Positions 27,858 to 37,142 of a stretch of DNA of 64,000 bases are shown in pieces (position 1 is the stretch's first letter; the number at the start of each line of letters is the position of its first letter). The notes under the pieces were generated by a model. That model was given only the letters and a program-made list of their open reading frames with translations, was not told the origin of the DNA and made no database searches. A program made the translations under genes and the position numbers. The stretch comes from Actinomycetes bacterium (GTDB lineage: Bacteria; Actinomycetota; Actinomycetes; Nanopelagicales; Nanopelagicaceae), in the NCBI GenBank assembly GCA_025354785.1, contig JANXME010000326.1:1506-65505 (forward strand), in the 5' to 3' direction.

Positions 27858-27937
27858 TTTTGCCAGACGATGCCGCTTGATCTATTATATTACGCGCGTC
27901 GCGCGCTTGAATTGGCGCAGTCAGGGCCATTATTTCT

Positions 27938-28240
27938 TCAAGTTTTAGCATTACTGTCACGCTTGCCACATGCCTTACAGGTAGTAAATAAAGATCCGCT
28001 TGGAGTTGTTATGGCACGTATGTTGGTACTATCGCAAAACTTACACTTGGGCAAATCATTAGGTAAGGTGTATTCTGACGAAACATCTTCATACTTTACT
28101 ATCTCTGGCTTATTTGCCTCTTTTCTAAGCCTAGCTACCTGTTTGCGCAAGAGTTTGATCTCTGATTTTAGCTCTTGGACCTCTTGATTCTTTCGTTCTT
28201 CTCGTGTTGGTTTATGTTGTGTGCGCTTAGGCTGCCTCAT
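27938..28240 (-). CDS. coiled-coil plus zinc-ribbon protein
   Basis: Basic/heptad N-terminus, CKFC..CKAC ribbon; 4-nt overlap upstream. Confidence 0.5.
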   Translation of the reverse strand: MRQPKRTQHKPTREERKNQEVQELKSEIKLLRKQVARLRKEANKPEIVKYEDVSSEYTLPNDLPKCKFCDSTNIRAITTPSGSLFTTCKACGKRDSNAKT

Positions 28241-29421
28241 CGAGTTCTACGTTCCGGCATCTCGCAGAAGATAACCTGGGCGCCCTGAGGTGGTTTGGTG
28301 TGGATTTCGCGGGCGAAAGCACCAACGATTAGCTGTCTGGCAGGGATGGGTGAGGGCCACGCTGCGAAAAATTCGCAGTCAGTGAAATGAATGCACGCAT
28401 CGAACTTACCTTTCTTGCTTGCTTGCCTGCACGCCACGTACGCTGGCTCGGGGTCAGTCCCACCAGAGAACGAAACAGCTTCATTCAGCTTCCACTGCTC
28501 ATTCTCAGACAACCAACCAGACCACACCAATTCGCTGGTGTGAACCGCCAAAAACACCTTCACGCCACTGAATGAATGCATCAGATTGACCGTTTCGGCG
28601 ACAATCTGGTTAATCCATTCACGGTCCATCGACCCAGATGCATCGATAATTACGCTAAGGCTCGGCTGATGTCCCTTCCATCCAGGCAACTGCACACCTT
28701 CTTCCGGGGACCGGCGATTACGCTTTGAAAAAGTCTGATAGTCGCGGGTCGGCTTTGATGCTGTAACTTCGAAACCGTGACGGATAATCTTCTTCCAGTC
28801 GATGCGGGCTGCACGTGGAGATAGCAATGCTGCGACCGCTGAGCTACCTTTCCCAGCCGCTTGGGCGTGGGCTCGCGCCTCAATAGCAACTTGTTTCCAA
28901 TCTGGAGCGCCCTCGGTGTTGTCGTCAATAACGCCACAGCCTGCTGCGGCATCCCCCTGCCCACTATCCTTTGATTGCTGTGGCATATTCTTCGGATTTT
29001 TCTTTAAAAATTCGAAGATCGCCTCTGCGAATATGTCTCCATGATACTCATGGGGTGGATATAGCGCATCCTTTGGCAATTTAATATCATCGAGCTTCAG
29101 AGCATGATTGATCGCCATGTCGGTTGCCACATTCCACATCCAAGCATCACGCCCACCACGCCGACCATGATGAAGCAAAATTAGATGCAACATCTCGTGC
29201 GCCAGAACTCCCTGGAGCTCCTCCTTTGTGAGCTTGTTCACAAATTCGGGGTTCAACAAGATTCGACCAGCGGCAGTGATACCCATCGTACCAACACCCT
29301 GCTCTTTATTTGAGATTTGATACAATTCGCGAATACGTTGGTGGATTAGCAAGAAATGTGGTTGAGTAAAACCAAGCACGTAGACAGCATTCCTACATTT
29401 CTCGATTGCGTCGTGGCTCAT
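28237..29421 (-). CDS. putative metallopeptidase (HExxH) fused to vWA-like domain; MoxR partner type
   Basis: VLAHEMLHLILLHH; C-terminal MIDAS-like VIIDASGSM; lies just downstream of the AAA+ ATPase. Confidence 0.65.
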   Translation of the reverse strand: MSHDAIEKCRNAVYVLGFTQPHFLLIHQRIRELYQISNKEQGVGTMGITAAGRILLNPEFVNKLTKEELQGVLAHEMLHLILLHHGRRGGRDAWMWNVATDMAINHALKLDDIKLPKDALYPPHEYHGDIFAEAIFEFLKKNPKNMPQQSKDSGQGDAAAGCGVIDDNTEGAPDWKQVAIEARAHAQAAGKGSSAVAALLSPRAARIDWKKIIRHGFEVTASKPTRDYQTFSKRNRRSPEEGVQLPGWKGHQPSLSVIIDASGSMDREWINQIVAETVNLMHSFSGVKVFLAVHTSELVWSGWLSENEQWKLNEAVSFSGGTDPEPAYVACRQASKKGKFDACIHFTDCEFFAAWPSPIPARQLIVGAFAREIHTKPPQGAQVIFCEMPERRTR

Positions 29422-29477
29422 TATGGATCTATCTCACTAATGGTGTTTGGATGCGTGTTACTAGACATATGATACAT

Positions 29478-29672
29478 TTAATTTTTGTTGTGATTCGCCC
29501 AATAAATCCATGCTCTAGGGAATAAATTAAAAATCATTCTACTGAATAGACTAAACCAGTGGTTGCGCCACGCCCCTATCCGGCAGCGTGGACACAACCG
29601 GTCCAATTCATTGTGCTGGGAACAAACAGAATAGAAGTCCCGGCGCCACCATAAATGACCCTTATAAAGCAT
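29478..29672 (-). CDS. hypothetical small protein
   Basis: 64 aa, Trp/Arg-rich with CPRC; start overlaps ATPase stop by 1 nt. Confidence 0.35.
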   Translation of the reverse strand: MLYKGHLWWRRDFYSVCSQHNELDRLCPRCRIGAWRNHWFSLFSRMIFNLFPRAWIYWANHNKN

Positions 29673-30841
29673 TACTGACCGCGAATAGCCTGTCCGATAG
29701 AACGAAGAAGACGGCCTTGCGCGAGAGTGCCTTCCTTGTGGAAAGGAGAGGAAGTGAACTTCTGCATTCCGAAACGACCCATCACATTCATTGCCGCTAC
29801 GCGGGTTTCATTCTGCAAACGGTCAGAATAGATCCATGCGGGGCAGGGGTCGGTCTGTGAAACTTGGGCAAGAATGCCAAGCACCGCGATTGCGGAATTC
29901 ACATCGGTGGGCAATTTAGCGGAGGCCGGGTTCTTCAAAATCTCCTTGATGCTCGGAAGGCTGTGGCGAACTTTACGAATGGTCATATACGATGCCGCCG
30001 CATCTTCACCCACATTGCCAGCCAGCACAGCGGCAAAAACAGACCCGCTATCCTGTTCACCAGCATCAAGCGCTTGGGCAATGACACGAATGCCACGCTC
30101 CCATGACCGTGGAGCGCCCCAAGCCTTACCCGACGACGATGCGCCCGGCGGTGGGTCAATGCACAACAAATCCGGAGCCATCTCAATAGTGGCGGCGAAG
30201 TCCGTGGCGATAGTCTGTGCAGTGGTCATCTCCTTAACCAGCCGCTCCTTCTCGCCATTAACTTCAACAAACTTGGCATCGAGGTTGTAAAAATACTCTT
30301 GGACCTCTTTGTTCGCCGGGCGCATATTGATTTGCGTCATACGACCGAGAAGAGGAAGTGAAAGTTCCCATCCGCCAGACGCCTGCTCTGGTGGGTTGGC
30401 TGCCGCCACGATGCGCGTTCCGGGGTGCAGCTTGACATCACCAGCCCAACGCTCATACACCAGCCGCAACGCTGCGCCCTGAACAGCCGGGGAGGCGCAG
30501 GTAAGCTCGTCTAGGAACAGCAGTACGGGCTCTTGCGTCGCGCGCTTAATACAGCCGAGCGGCAGCCGGTTGATGCTGCCGAGCTTATTTTCCGCATTGC
30601 CGCCAGTTGACACCGGGAAACCACCGATATCAGTAGGATCGCAAAGTGAAAGGATAAGCGGCTCAAACGGCAACTTGAGCTCCGCCGCAACAATGGCGAC
30701 GATAGCCGACTTGCCAATTCCAGGCGGACCAATCAAATTGATCGGCTGGTTGGCCAGGATGGAATGCCGCAAAGCCCGAATGCATTCTGCCAGATTCAAC
30801 ACATCAATTCCACTCGTCTTATCTGAAGTAATTTTACTCAT
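29672..30841 (-). CDS. MoxR/CbbQ/CobS-like AAA+ ATPase
   Basis: Walker A GPPGIGKSAIV, Walker B LLFLDELT; GAGGAAAG SD before ATG 30841 (track start 30883 less likely). Confidence 0.75.
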   Translation of the reverse strand: MSKITSDKTSGIDVLNLAECIRALRHSILANQPINLIGPPGIGKSAIVAIVAAELKLPFEPLILSLCDPTDIGGFPVSTGGNAENKLGSINRLPLGCIKRATQEPVLLFLDELTCASPAVQGAALRLVYERWAGDVKLHPGTRIVAAANPPEQASGGWELSLPLLGRMTQINMRPANKEVQEYFYNLDAKFVEVNGEKERLVKEMTTAQTIATDFAATIEMAPDLLCIDPPPGASSSGKAWGAPRSWERGIRVIAQALDAGEQDSGSVFAAVLAGNVGEDAAASYMTIRKVRHSLPSIKEILKNPASAKLPTDVNSAIAVLGILAQVSQTDPCPAWIYSDRLQNETRVAAMNVMGRFGMQKFTSSPFHKEGTLAQGRLLRSIGQAIRGQ

Positions 30842-30905
30842 CTTTCCTCTTCTGCGTTGTGTGTGAACTGCAATAAACTGCAATAATTATGCCAGTGCAA
30901 CATCG

Positions 30906-30915
30906 AATATAACCA
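30906..30915 (-). promoter_or_regulatory. candidate extended -10 element TGGTTATATT
   Basis: Minus-strand TGGTTATATT about 65 nt upstream of ATG 30841. Confidence 0.25.
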
Positions 30916-30955
30916 CAGATGCGATCCTGACTACAACTTATATAAAAAATATTAT

Positions 30956-31028
30956 TGAGAATGACAGGAGTTGAACCCGCGTCTACTAAGTCGATACTTT
31001 AGTCGCTCTACCGTTGAGCTACATTCCC
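30956..31028 (-). tRNA. tRNA-like gene with 9-nt anticodon loop (isotype undetermined)
   Basis: GGGAATG TA GCTC AACGGTA GAGC G ACTAA AGTATCGAC TTAGT AGAC GCGGG TTCAACT CCTGT CATTCTC A. Acceptor, D and T arms fold normally; the loop does not fit a 7-nt U33 pattern. Confidence 0.5.
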
Positions 31029-31063
31029 ATTTATTGCCTAATTAAGACCTTTTGACGTGTCAC

Positions 31064-31423
31064 TCACGGCTTCAGATTTGTTAGGAAATCGGTCATCGAC
31101 AACCCGTCGATTTGCATTGAATAGTACATGTTTACGCCCTCATAAAGCCAATTTGGGGCATATAGTGCTATCATATGTCCATTTATGATATCAACGCGAA
31201 ATTCTTCGAATGGTAGTCCATGGGTGGTCTTAAGCAGGTCAGTCAATTCTGTTGTAACATCAACCCGCTTTAACTTATTACGCTCAATATTAGCCAGATG
31301 CTTGTTTAAGCAACATTCATACGTGTGATTAATAATGGCGTTCGCATACACAGTCAATATACGTTCGCCACAATCATCACAAGTTTTAGCCAACTGTGCA
31401 TTCTTACCAACTGGTTTGGTCAT
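31064..31423 (-). CDS. C2HC zinc-finger / C-terminal-helix paralogue family member
   Basis: CDDCGERILTVYANAIINHTYEC, then ..NWLYEGVNMYY..GLSMTDFLTNLKP. ATG 31423 forms an ATGA overlap with the upstream stop. Confidence 0.55.
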   Translation of the reverse strand: MTKPVGKNAQLAKTCDDCGERILTVYANAIINHTYECCLNKHLANIERNKLKRVDVTTELTDLLKTTHGLPFEEFRVDIINGHMIALYAPNWLYEGVNMYYSMQIDGLSMTDFLTNLKP

Positions 31424-31647
31424 CTTATACCCGTACCATCGAGAAATTCTTGTAAAGAGATTGCTCCAGCACAACTTGCGACCCATATGCGACAAGCGGC
31501 ATTTAAATCTTCATCCAACACGTAGGCGAATTTGTTATTAGTATAAGCCGATCTCGCCAATATCACGTAGTCATTCGAAAGGCCAAACATAAACGTCCTA
31601 AATTCATATCCAGCATAAATTGCTGCGCAATGTGACAAGAGGTACAT
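31420..31647 (-). CDS. hypothetical protein
   Basis: 75-aa ORF, ATGA-coupled to the downstream family member. Confidence 0.45.
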   Translation of the reverse strand: MYLLSHCAAIYAGYEFRTFMFGLSNDYVILARSAYTNNKFAYVLDEDLNAACRIWVASCAGAISLQEFLDGTGIR

Positions 31648-31651
31648 GGCA

Positions 31652-32506
31652 TTATTGGGTTGATTCTGGTTTCATTGCACAAAGAAATTCTGCAAGTGTC
31701 ATGCCAGCATATTCCGGCCCAGATTTATTATAAGATTTGATTGCTTCAACCACCCACGGTGGTGTCCACATGCGCCAGAATGTACTACACATTTCATGTG
31801 TAATGTCAGCAGAACGTATCGCGAGCAATTCAGTCATGTTTTCAATCTGAACATATCCTTTATCACTCATCTTTTGTTGATCTGCTTGTATCCTACATTC
31901 GGGATGCAGCTTGTGCATGGCCATGTCTTCGACTGGCCTGATGCTCTGGCATACATCACATTCTGCTCCATCTATTAAATTAACCTGATATATAACACCT
32001 TGATTGTGCAGAGATGGTTTAGACATAAATGGCGGCACGAGTCCTTCTAATAAATATATTTGTTGATCAACTATTGGCCTGCCAGCTAAAATTTCTACGA
32101 ATGCGGCGGTGTCGCTTGCTTGCATCGAGGCCAATTGACGCAACGCATTTTCACCTCTTTCAACACTATTATGTGATTCTATTGATTCAGTGCCTAGGAT
32201 TGAACACCATTTCGGCCAGTGTGTTTTATTGAGCGCCAGTTCATCTCGGTAGTTATCGAAGTAGTTAGTAGAGTTAACATCTACTTTATCAAATCTGACC
32301 CATAATGTGTCTATATACTTAATTGCATTTTGTAACAGCAATAGTAATTGATCCCGTTCGATGCGTGCATAACGATACTGGTTACGGTAAGGCTTAGCCT
32401 TGAACATGTTGCTACAAAAATATCCAACCTTATTTTGGTTTGATTGCATGTCTGTCATCTGCCATCTTGCTAATAAAGTCTGCAAGACACATGTCGCCAA
32501 ATCCAT
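31652..32506 (-). CDS. C2HC zinc-finger / C-terminal-helix paralogue family member (long form)
   Basis: CDVCQSIRPVEDMAMHKLHPEC, then WTPPWVVEAIKSYNKSGPEYAGMTLAEFLCAMKP. Start may be ATG 32449. Confidence 0.6.
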   Translation of the reverse strand: MDLATCVLQTLLARWQMTDMQSNQNKVGYFCSNMFKAKPYRNQYRYARIERDQLLLLLQNAIKYIDTLWVRFDKVDVNSTNYFDNYRDELALNKTHWPKWCSILGTESIESHNSVERGENALRQLASMQASDTAAFVEILAGRPIVDQQIYLLEGLVPPFMSKPSLHNQGVIYQVNLIDGAECDVCQSIRPVEDMAMHKLHPECRIQADQQKMSDKGYVQIENMTELLAIRSADITHEMCSTFWRMWTPPWVVEAIKSYNKSGPEYAGMTLAEFLCAMKPESTQ

Positions 32507-32801
32507 TATTTTTGATGTAAAGCCGGATTGCGTCTGCTCCCCAAGATTCTACAAACAAATCCGCTGGTATGCCATTTACACGAATCGGCTTTGATGCCAA
32601 CTTAGGATAGATATTTGCTAAATTGCCGGCTACATAGTCAAATGTGTATTTTGATTCGGAAAGCATGCCGTATACGCTAACCATATTATATTTTGGCGCT
32701 TCGATATTTCTGAATCTCATCCAACTACATACCTGTGATGCATGGTCAGGCGCTGACGACGAAATTTTGGTCATACATTTCGGACAGATATTATCAGTCA
32801 T
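32430..32801 (-). CDS. C2HC zinc-finger / C-terminal-helix paralogue family member (short form)
   Basis: CPKCMTKISSSAPDHASQVC, then ESWGADAIRLYIKNNGFGDMCLADFISKM. Confidence 0.55.
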   Translation of the reverse strand: MTDNICPKCMTKISSSAPDHASQVCSWMRFRNIEAPKYNMVSVYGMLSESKYTFDYVAGNLANIYPKLASKPIRVNGIPADLFVESWGADAIRLYIKNNGFGDMCLADFISKMADDRHAIKPK

Positions 32802-33597
32802 CTTTTGTGCCCATGCTTGTTAAATAGTCGGCAAGTGACATGTCTAGAAACATGCCCCGACTTTGCATCGCATTAAATGTTTTAATCACTTTATCCACCC
32901 AATCTGGAACAAACATGGCATAGCCAATTGGAAGAAATTCAAATGGAATATTTTTAGCCCTTATGATTTGAGTTTCTTCAGCAATACTAACATTGTAAAT
33001 ATTTTGTTTGCTGATCAATTGCATGCGCATAGTTTCCATACATGCAATTGATTTCATGTGATCTTCTACCGCCTCTGTCACCACATTGCACAAGCATTTT
33101 GGACAAACGATTGGTTTTAATAGCGTATGTTTAGTAACATATCCGTCAAAATCAATCTGATGCTCAACTAGATAAACAGTTTTCCCATGTACTTGTTGAG
33201 CCGTTGCATCATTAATTCCATTTAGTAGAATGGAAGATGATTCACTGTTATGCGTGCGAATTGTCTCAATCGCAGACAATGACAAATTTGAAATGTGCTG
33301 ATCAAATGGTGCCTGATATATAGACATCCCATGATTATCATTTTCCAGACGTTCGATCATATATGGGCAGTGTGGCATACTTAAACTATTTTCAGCGCGC
33401 GCAGCTTCCAATCTGTCTTTAAGTCTTAGTAGATACACATCTGTCGACTGAATTAGTTTAATGAAGCCATTAGTATCATACGCACGGGCATTTATGTGGC
33501 CGAGTGAAATAACGCGCTGTACCAATATGTTTGATTCTATATTAGGTTTGAGTCCCATCGGTCTGGTCGGTCTGGTCGATTGCAATGCTCTCACCAT
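32794..33597 (-). CDS. C2HC zinc-finger / C-terminal-helix paralogue family member (long form)
   Basis: CPKCLCNVVTEAVEDHMKSIAC, then FVPDWVDKVIKTFNAMQSRGMFLDMSLADYLTSM. Confidence 0.6.
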   Translation of the reverse strand: MVRALQSTRPTRPMGLKPNIESNILVQRVISLGHINARAYDTNGFIKLIQSTDVYLLRLKDRLEAARAENSLSMPHCPYMIERLENDNHGMSIYQAPFDQHISNLSLSAIETIRTHNSESSSILLNGINDATAQQVHGKTVYLVEHQIDFDGYVTKHTLLKPIVCPKCLCNVVTEAVEDHMKSIACMETMRMQLISKQNIYNVSIAEETQIIRAKNIPFEFLPIGYAMFVPDWVDKVIKTFNAMQSRGMFLDMSLADYLTSMGTKDD

Positions 33598-34282
33598 TAA
33601 TTGCTCTGAGGAATTCGTGTAGTTTTAAACCGGCAAATTCTGATGATTTACGATAATCTTGGATGGCTTTATCAACCCAAGCTGGCACCCACATGTCTAG
33701 TGCTTGTGGACGAATTTTGAATTCAATGCCCGATTTACGAATAGCATTAGTTGCAGCCGGGTCATCTACAATGACATATCCGGCCTGTTGAACATCGCGT
33801 ATCTGGGTATCACGCAAGCATCTAAGCGACCCCATGTGGGAATTCATGCCACTCTTGGTGTATTGTTTATGACATTGAGGGCATTCACTCGCCTTAATTA
33901 TGGTAGCTAAATAATATCGATAGAATGTTGGAGTGGAGGTGGCAACGTCCCATACGAAACTAATCTTGGGCATCTTGTCGCCCTTTTTGACCGCATCTAA
34001 CACCAATCTAGAACACTTGATAGTGTGGTCTAGATCCTGCATGTCGGCGAGCATGTTGTATTTGTATACGGATATGTTCACGTCAACTATACTATATCCA
34101 ACACTAATCGTGGTGTAATGCCACACACCACCACGATTAGTTATGCTTTCTAAGTTGATGGCCCGGAATTGCTCTAATGCTACAACAATCCCCTCGACAC
34201 GCTTGATAATATCCTGGATATCAAATTTGCATATTGTGTTTTGTGTCTGCACCGCATATTCGTCCAAAATATAACCCCTCAA
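33542..34282 (-). CDS. C2HC zinc-finger / C-terminal-helix paralogue family member (long form)
   Basis: CPQCHKQYTKSGMNSHMGSLRC, then WVPAWVDKAIQDYRKSSEFAGLKLHEFLRAI. TTG start in a TTGA overlap. Confidence 0.6.
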   Translation of the reverse strand: MRGYILDEYAVQTQNTICKFDIQDIIKRVEGIVVALEQFRAINLESITNRGGVWHYTTISVGYSIVDVNISVYKYNMLADMQDLDHTIKCSRLVLDAVKKGDKMPKISFVWDVATSTPTFYRYYLATIIKASECPQCHKQYTKSGMNSHMGSLRCLRDTQIRDVQQAGYVIVDDPAATNAIRKSGIEFKIRPQALDMWVPAWVDKAIQDYRKSSEFAGLKLHEFLRAINGESIAIDQTDQTDGTQT

Positions 34283-34479
34283 TAGTCAGAGCAGTCTGGG
34301 CACGCGGTCCGCGTGCCATTGCTGGCAGCAACGACTCCTGTGTCATTACACGTTTTGCAAAGGGCGTGCCAACTTTTATCATCCATAGGCCCAGCACTCA
34401 TCCGCATCTTGGCATGCAAAGCAACGATGTTACGGCGCCTTGGCTGTTTTATCGTTATCGGCTTGATTGGTTTTTTCAT
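34279..34479 (-). CDS. small Cys-rich protein (CxxCxxxG-type)
   Basis: CKTCNDTG..CPDC; start uncertain (may be 34407). Confidence 0.4.
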   Translation of the reverse strand: MKKPIKPITIKQPRRRNIVALHAKMRMSAGPMDDKSWHALCKTCNDTGVVAASNGTRTACPDCSDY

Positions 34480-34588
34480 GACATTCGCACATATGATAAT
34501 GCAAATTAGTAGATAATTCGCATCCTAGAGTTTTATCACCAATGCAAGCAAAATAGCCTTTGTCTTCACAAGCTTTACAATTAAACAT
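34430..34588 (-). CDS. small Cys-rich protein (below ORF-track cutoff)
   Basis: Hand-translated 52 aa MFNCKACEDKGYFACIGDKTLGCELSTNLHYHMCECHEK..; GGTGA SD before ATG 34588. Confidence 0.3.
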   Translation of the reverse strand: MFNCKACEDKGYFACIGDKTLGCELSTNLHYHMCECHEKTNQADNDKTAKAP

Positions 34589-34673
34589 CAATCACCAGTT
34601 TGGGGTTAAATGGTACATCAACATCTTCATGGACACGATATTACTAGTGTGTCCATGGACTTAAATATCTAAT

Positions 34674-35231
34674 ATGTCCACCACATATAATAGTAGAAGA
34701 TCCCTGAATAAATGTGTTAAATGTTCTAAACAATTAAATGACATTACTCAAGCTAGATGCCAGACATGCCGTAATTTTGAGCAAGAAAATACAAAATCTT
34801 ATCAGTCAAAGCGTATTCTTGCACATTTATGCCGGAGTTGTTGCAAGTCCAACAATAATGGGAAAGTTCATTGTGATATTTGCGGTTTTAAAGCAAGAGT
34901 CCGTGCCCGTAAGCGCGCCATAGAATTAAAAATTATGATATTAAATGCATATGGTGGACCACAGTGCGCTTGTAGAGGGTGCAGTTGGCATAATCAACGC
35001 TGTGTCTGTAGTCACATAGACGTCTTAACTATAGACCATATCGACAATAGTGGCGCCAAACATAGGAGAGAGATGACTGGCGGAGATCGCGTCGGTGGCG
35101 GCGATACCACCTATCGATGGCTTAAGAAGAATAATTACCCATCTGGATATCAAGTTCTATGCTGGAATTGTAATTGGATCAAATATAAACATTTAGTCTC
35201 TCCACAAAATCTGGATTCTCATTTTCATTAG
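34674..35231 (+). CDS. HNH endonuclease, family A (free-standing, opposite strand)
   Basis: N-terminal Zn ribbons, LNAYGG, TIDHIDNSGAKHRRE, LCWNCNW. 53-nt convergent overlap with the phosphoesterase gene. Confidence 0.8.
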   Translation: MSTTYNSRRSLNKCVKCSKQLNDITQARCQTCRNFEQENTKSYQSKRILAHLCRSCCKSNNNGKVHCDICGFKARVRARKRAIELKIMILNAYGGPQCACRGCSWHNQRCVCSHIDVLTIDHIDNSGAKHRREMTGGDRVGGGDTTYRWLKKNNYPSGYQVLCWNCNWIKYKHLVSPQNLDSHFH

Positions 35232-35916
35232 GATATCCCATTGGATTGGCAAAAACGCGCGTGCTGCCAATCTTAATATCGATTGGACAGTGTGTATGCC
35301 CATGTATCCACAATTTTGGCTTGCGAGCAACCATCAAATCTTCCACGTCACACACGAAAAATCGATTTAATGAAGACTTTTGAAATTTTGGATGAATACT
35401 CTTTGAAGATGGAAGATGGTGTGTGACCACCACATCATTTTCACATAAATTATCTTGTAGACCTTGAACAGTTAATTTATTTTCTTCGTAGACCCATGGA
35501 TCAAATCCATCGATTACATGAAAGTCGTTCATCTGCTGTGCGTGCAGACGATTGTTCTTCTCTTGACGAAACCAGAGAGTGCCTCCAAGAAAACGCTGAC
35601 CATCAATTACCTTTACGCCACCGTGACGTAATACATGGAGATTGGTGAGATTATACTCAATTGCATTGAGGTGTCTCTCAGCAGTTCCAACATCGGTATT
35701 GTAATACTCATGATTACCGCAAACCATGAGTACTTTGTTATATTTAGAACAAAATTCAGACAGAATGTCTTGGGACCAATAGTAGTCGCGCAAAACAGTG
35801 ACGTCGCCGGCTAAAACTAATATGTCTACCCCGCTTGGGTCAAGACTTTTTAAGAAAGAAATTCCATGGTCCCTGTGAAATTCTAGGTGGAGATCACTCA
35901 TAATGGCCAGTTTCAT
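35179..35916 (-). CDS. calcineurin-like metallophosphoesterase
   Basis: MSDLHLEF, LAGDV, GNHEYY, THHLP, GHTHCP in canonical order. Confidence 0.85.
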   Translation of the reverse strand: MKLAIMSDLHLEFHRDHGISFLKSLDPSGVDILVLAGDVTVLRDYYWSQDILSEFCSKYNKVLMVCGNHEYYNTDVGTAERHLNAIEYNLTNLHVLRHGGVKVIDGQRFLGGTLWFRQEKNNRLHAQQMNDFHVIDGFDPWVYEENKLTVQGLQDNLCENDVVVTHHLPSSKSIHPKFQKSSLNRFFVCDVEDLMVARKPKLWIHGHTHCPIDIKIGSTRVFANPMGYPNENENPDFVERLNVYI

Positions 35917-36875
35917 TTAGTCGATTCCAGATCAACACTATCTTCATTGCGCTGACGGAAATAATTCCTGATCGCATCTCTGAACTCTGGCTTATTGTCC
36001 TCCAATTGAAGGACGCCATTATATCCATATTTAATATCTTTCAATGGATCGTAATCGTGCTTTGTAATTATATCCCATCGTTCAACATATTTTCGATCTT
36101 TCTTTTTACCATGGAAGGCGTGACATATAATTCCTGGAACATAGCCCACATCGCGTTTGATCAAACGCTCACATCTGTCCTGAAATGTATATAGCGCATC
36201 TGAGTAATTTTTGTGGATTCCGCCCGGCATTGAGTTTTTAACATTTCCAACAAACGCTAGGGCCATGTGGTGATCGGCTGCGCCCAAGATGGCGTAATCG
36301 ATCAATCGACCAATAGCATTGAAAGCATCTCGTCTAATAGCCCAAGCATATCCTGGATGCCAAAATGTGTACTCTGGCTTCATGATTTGTCCTGTAATAT
36401 ACTGATAACCAAATCCGGTATGAGTCTGGATTGCACTACCATCAGGACCAGTATCGATACAGTTTTGGAACATCTGAACGATCTTGTAGTGTTGTAGGGC
36501 GTTAAGCGTGTCGTGAACCCATTCCGGATTCATAAATTCAATGTCGCCATCAACCCACGCCGCATACTCCCAATCATCAGGCAGTCGTGCAAATCCGAGA
36601 TTAATTAGATTTTCCTTGTGCCATAGTTCGTCCTTGCCACGCACCTGCACGTGATTTGGATTGGTCGCATTGGTGACCTCGAATTGTCTTGCTCCAAAAG
36701 CCATCTCAACTACAATCAGATTTACATCATGAAGAGCCATAACCGCTTGAAATTGCTTAAAGAGCACATATCGACTCTTAAATGCAACCGGGTTACTCAC
36801 TACAGCAATTACATGCAATGTACTGCTGGGACTGTGATGTACAATCTCATGATGGTGCTTCATTAAATGACGCAT
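35913..36875 (-). CDS. putative glycosyltransferase (nucleotide-diphospho-sugar transferase fold)
   Basis: VIAVVSNP N-terminal strand and DxD-like WVDGDIEF; 320 aa. Moderate guess. Confidence 0.4.
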   Translation of the reverse strand: MRHLMKHHHEIVHHSPSSTLHVIAVVSNPVAFKSRYVLFKQFQAVMALHDVNLIVVEMAFGARQFEVTNATNPNHVQVRGKDELWHKENLINLGFARLPDDWEYAAWVDGDIEFMNPEWVHDTLNALQHYKIVQMFQNCIDTGPDGSAIQTHTGFGYQYITGQIMKPEYTFWHPGYAWAIRRDAFNAIGRLIDYAILGAADHHMALAFVGNVKNSMPGGIHKNYSDALYTFQDRCERLIKRDVGYVPGIICHAFHGKKKDRKYVERWDIITKHDYDPLKDIKYGYNGVLQLEDNKPEFRDAIRNYFRQRNEDSVDLESTK

Positions 36876-36893
36876 TATATCCTCGGATTAATG

Positions 36894-36967
36894 TCTAGAT
36901 GACTGGAGTTGAACCAGCGACACCTTGCTCCCAAAGCAAGTGCTCTACCAAACTGAGCTACATCTAG
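36894..36967 (-). tRNA. tRNA-Pro (UGG)
   Basis: CTAGATG TA GCTC AGTTTGGTA GAGC A CTTGC TTTGGGA GCAAG GTGTC GCTGG TTCAACT CCAGT CATCTAG A; perfect acceptor. Confidence 0.85.
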
Positions 36968-37142
36968 ATATGCTTCTTGAACCACTTAATTAATGCTTCT
37001 ACTGTTGAAACAATGATTAATATAATATCTTCAATTACCTGTTCTAGTACAAACAGCATTGTTAAACATGCCGTCACCGTTAGTAACCACATAATACCAT
37101 CTAGCACGCCTTCCAACATTTGGACCTGGAGTCGATTTTATA

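Noticed and set aside
33551-33576. Tandem GGTCTGGTC repeat.
   Set aside because: It encodes the DQTDQTD tail of 33542..34282 and overlaps the next gene start. It is coding low complexity, not a regulatory repeat.
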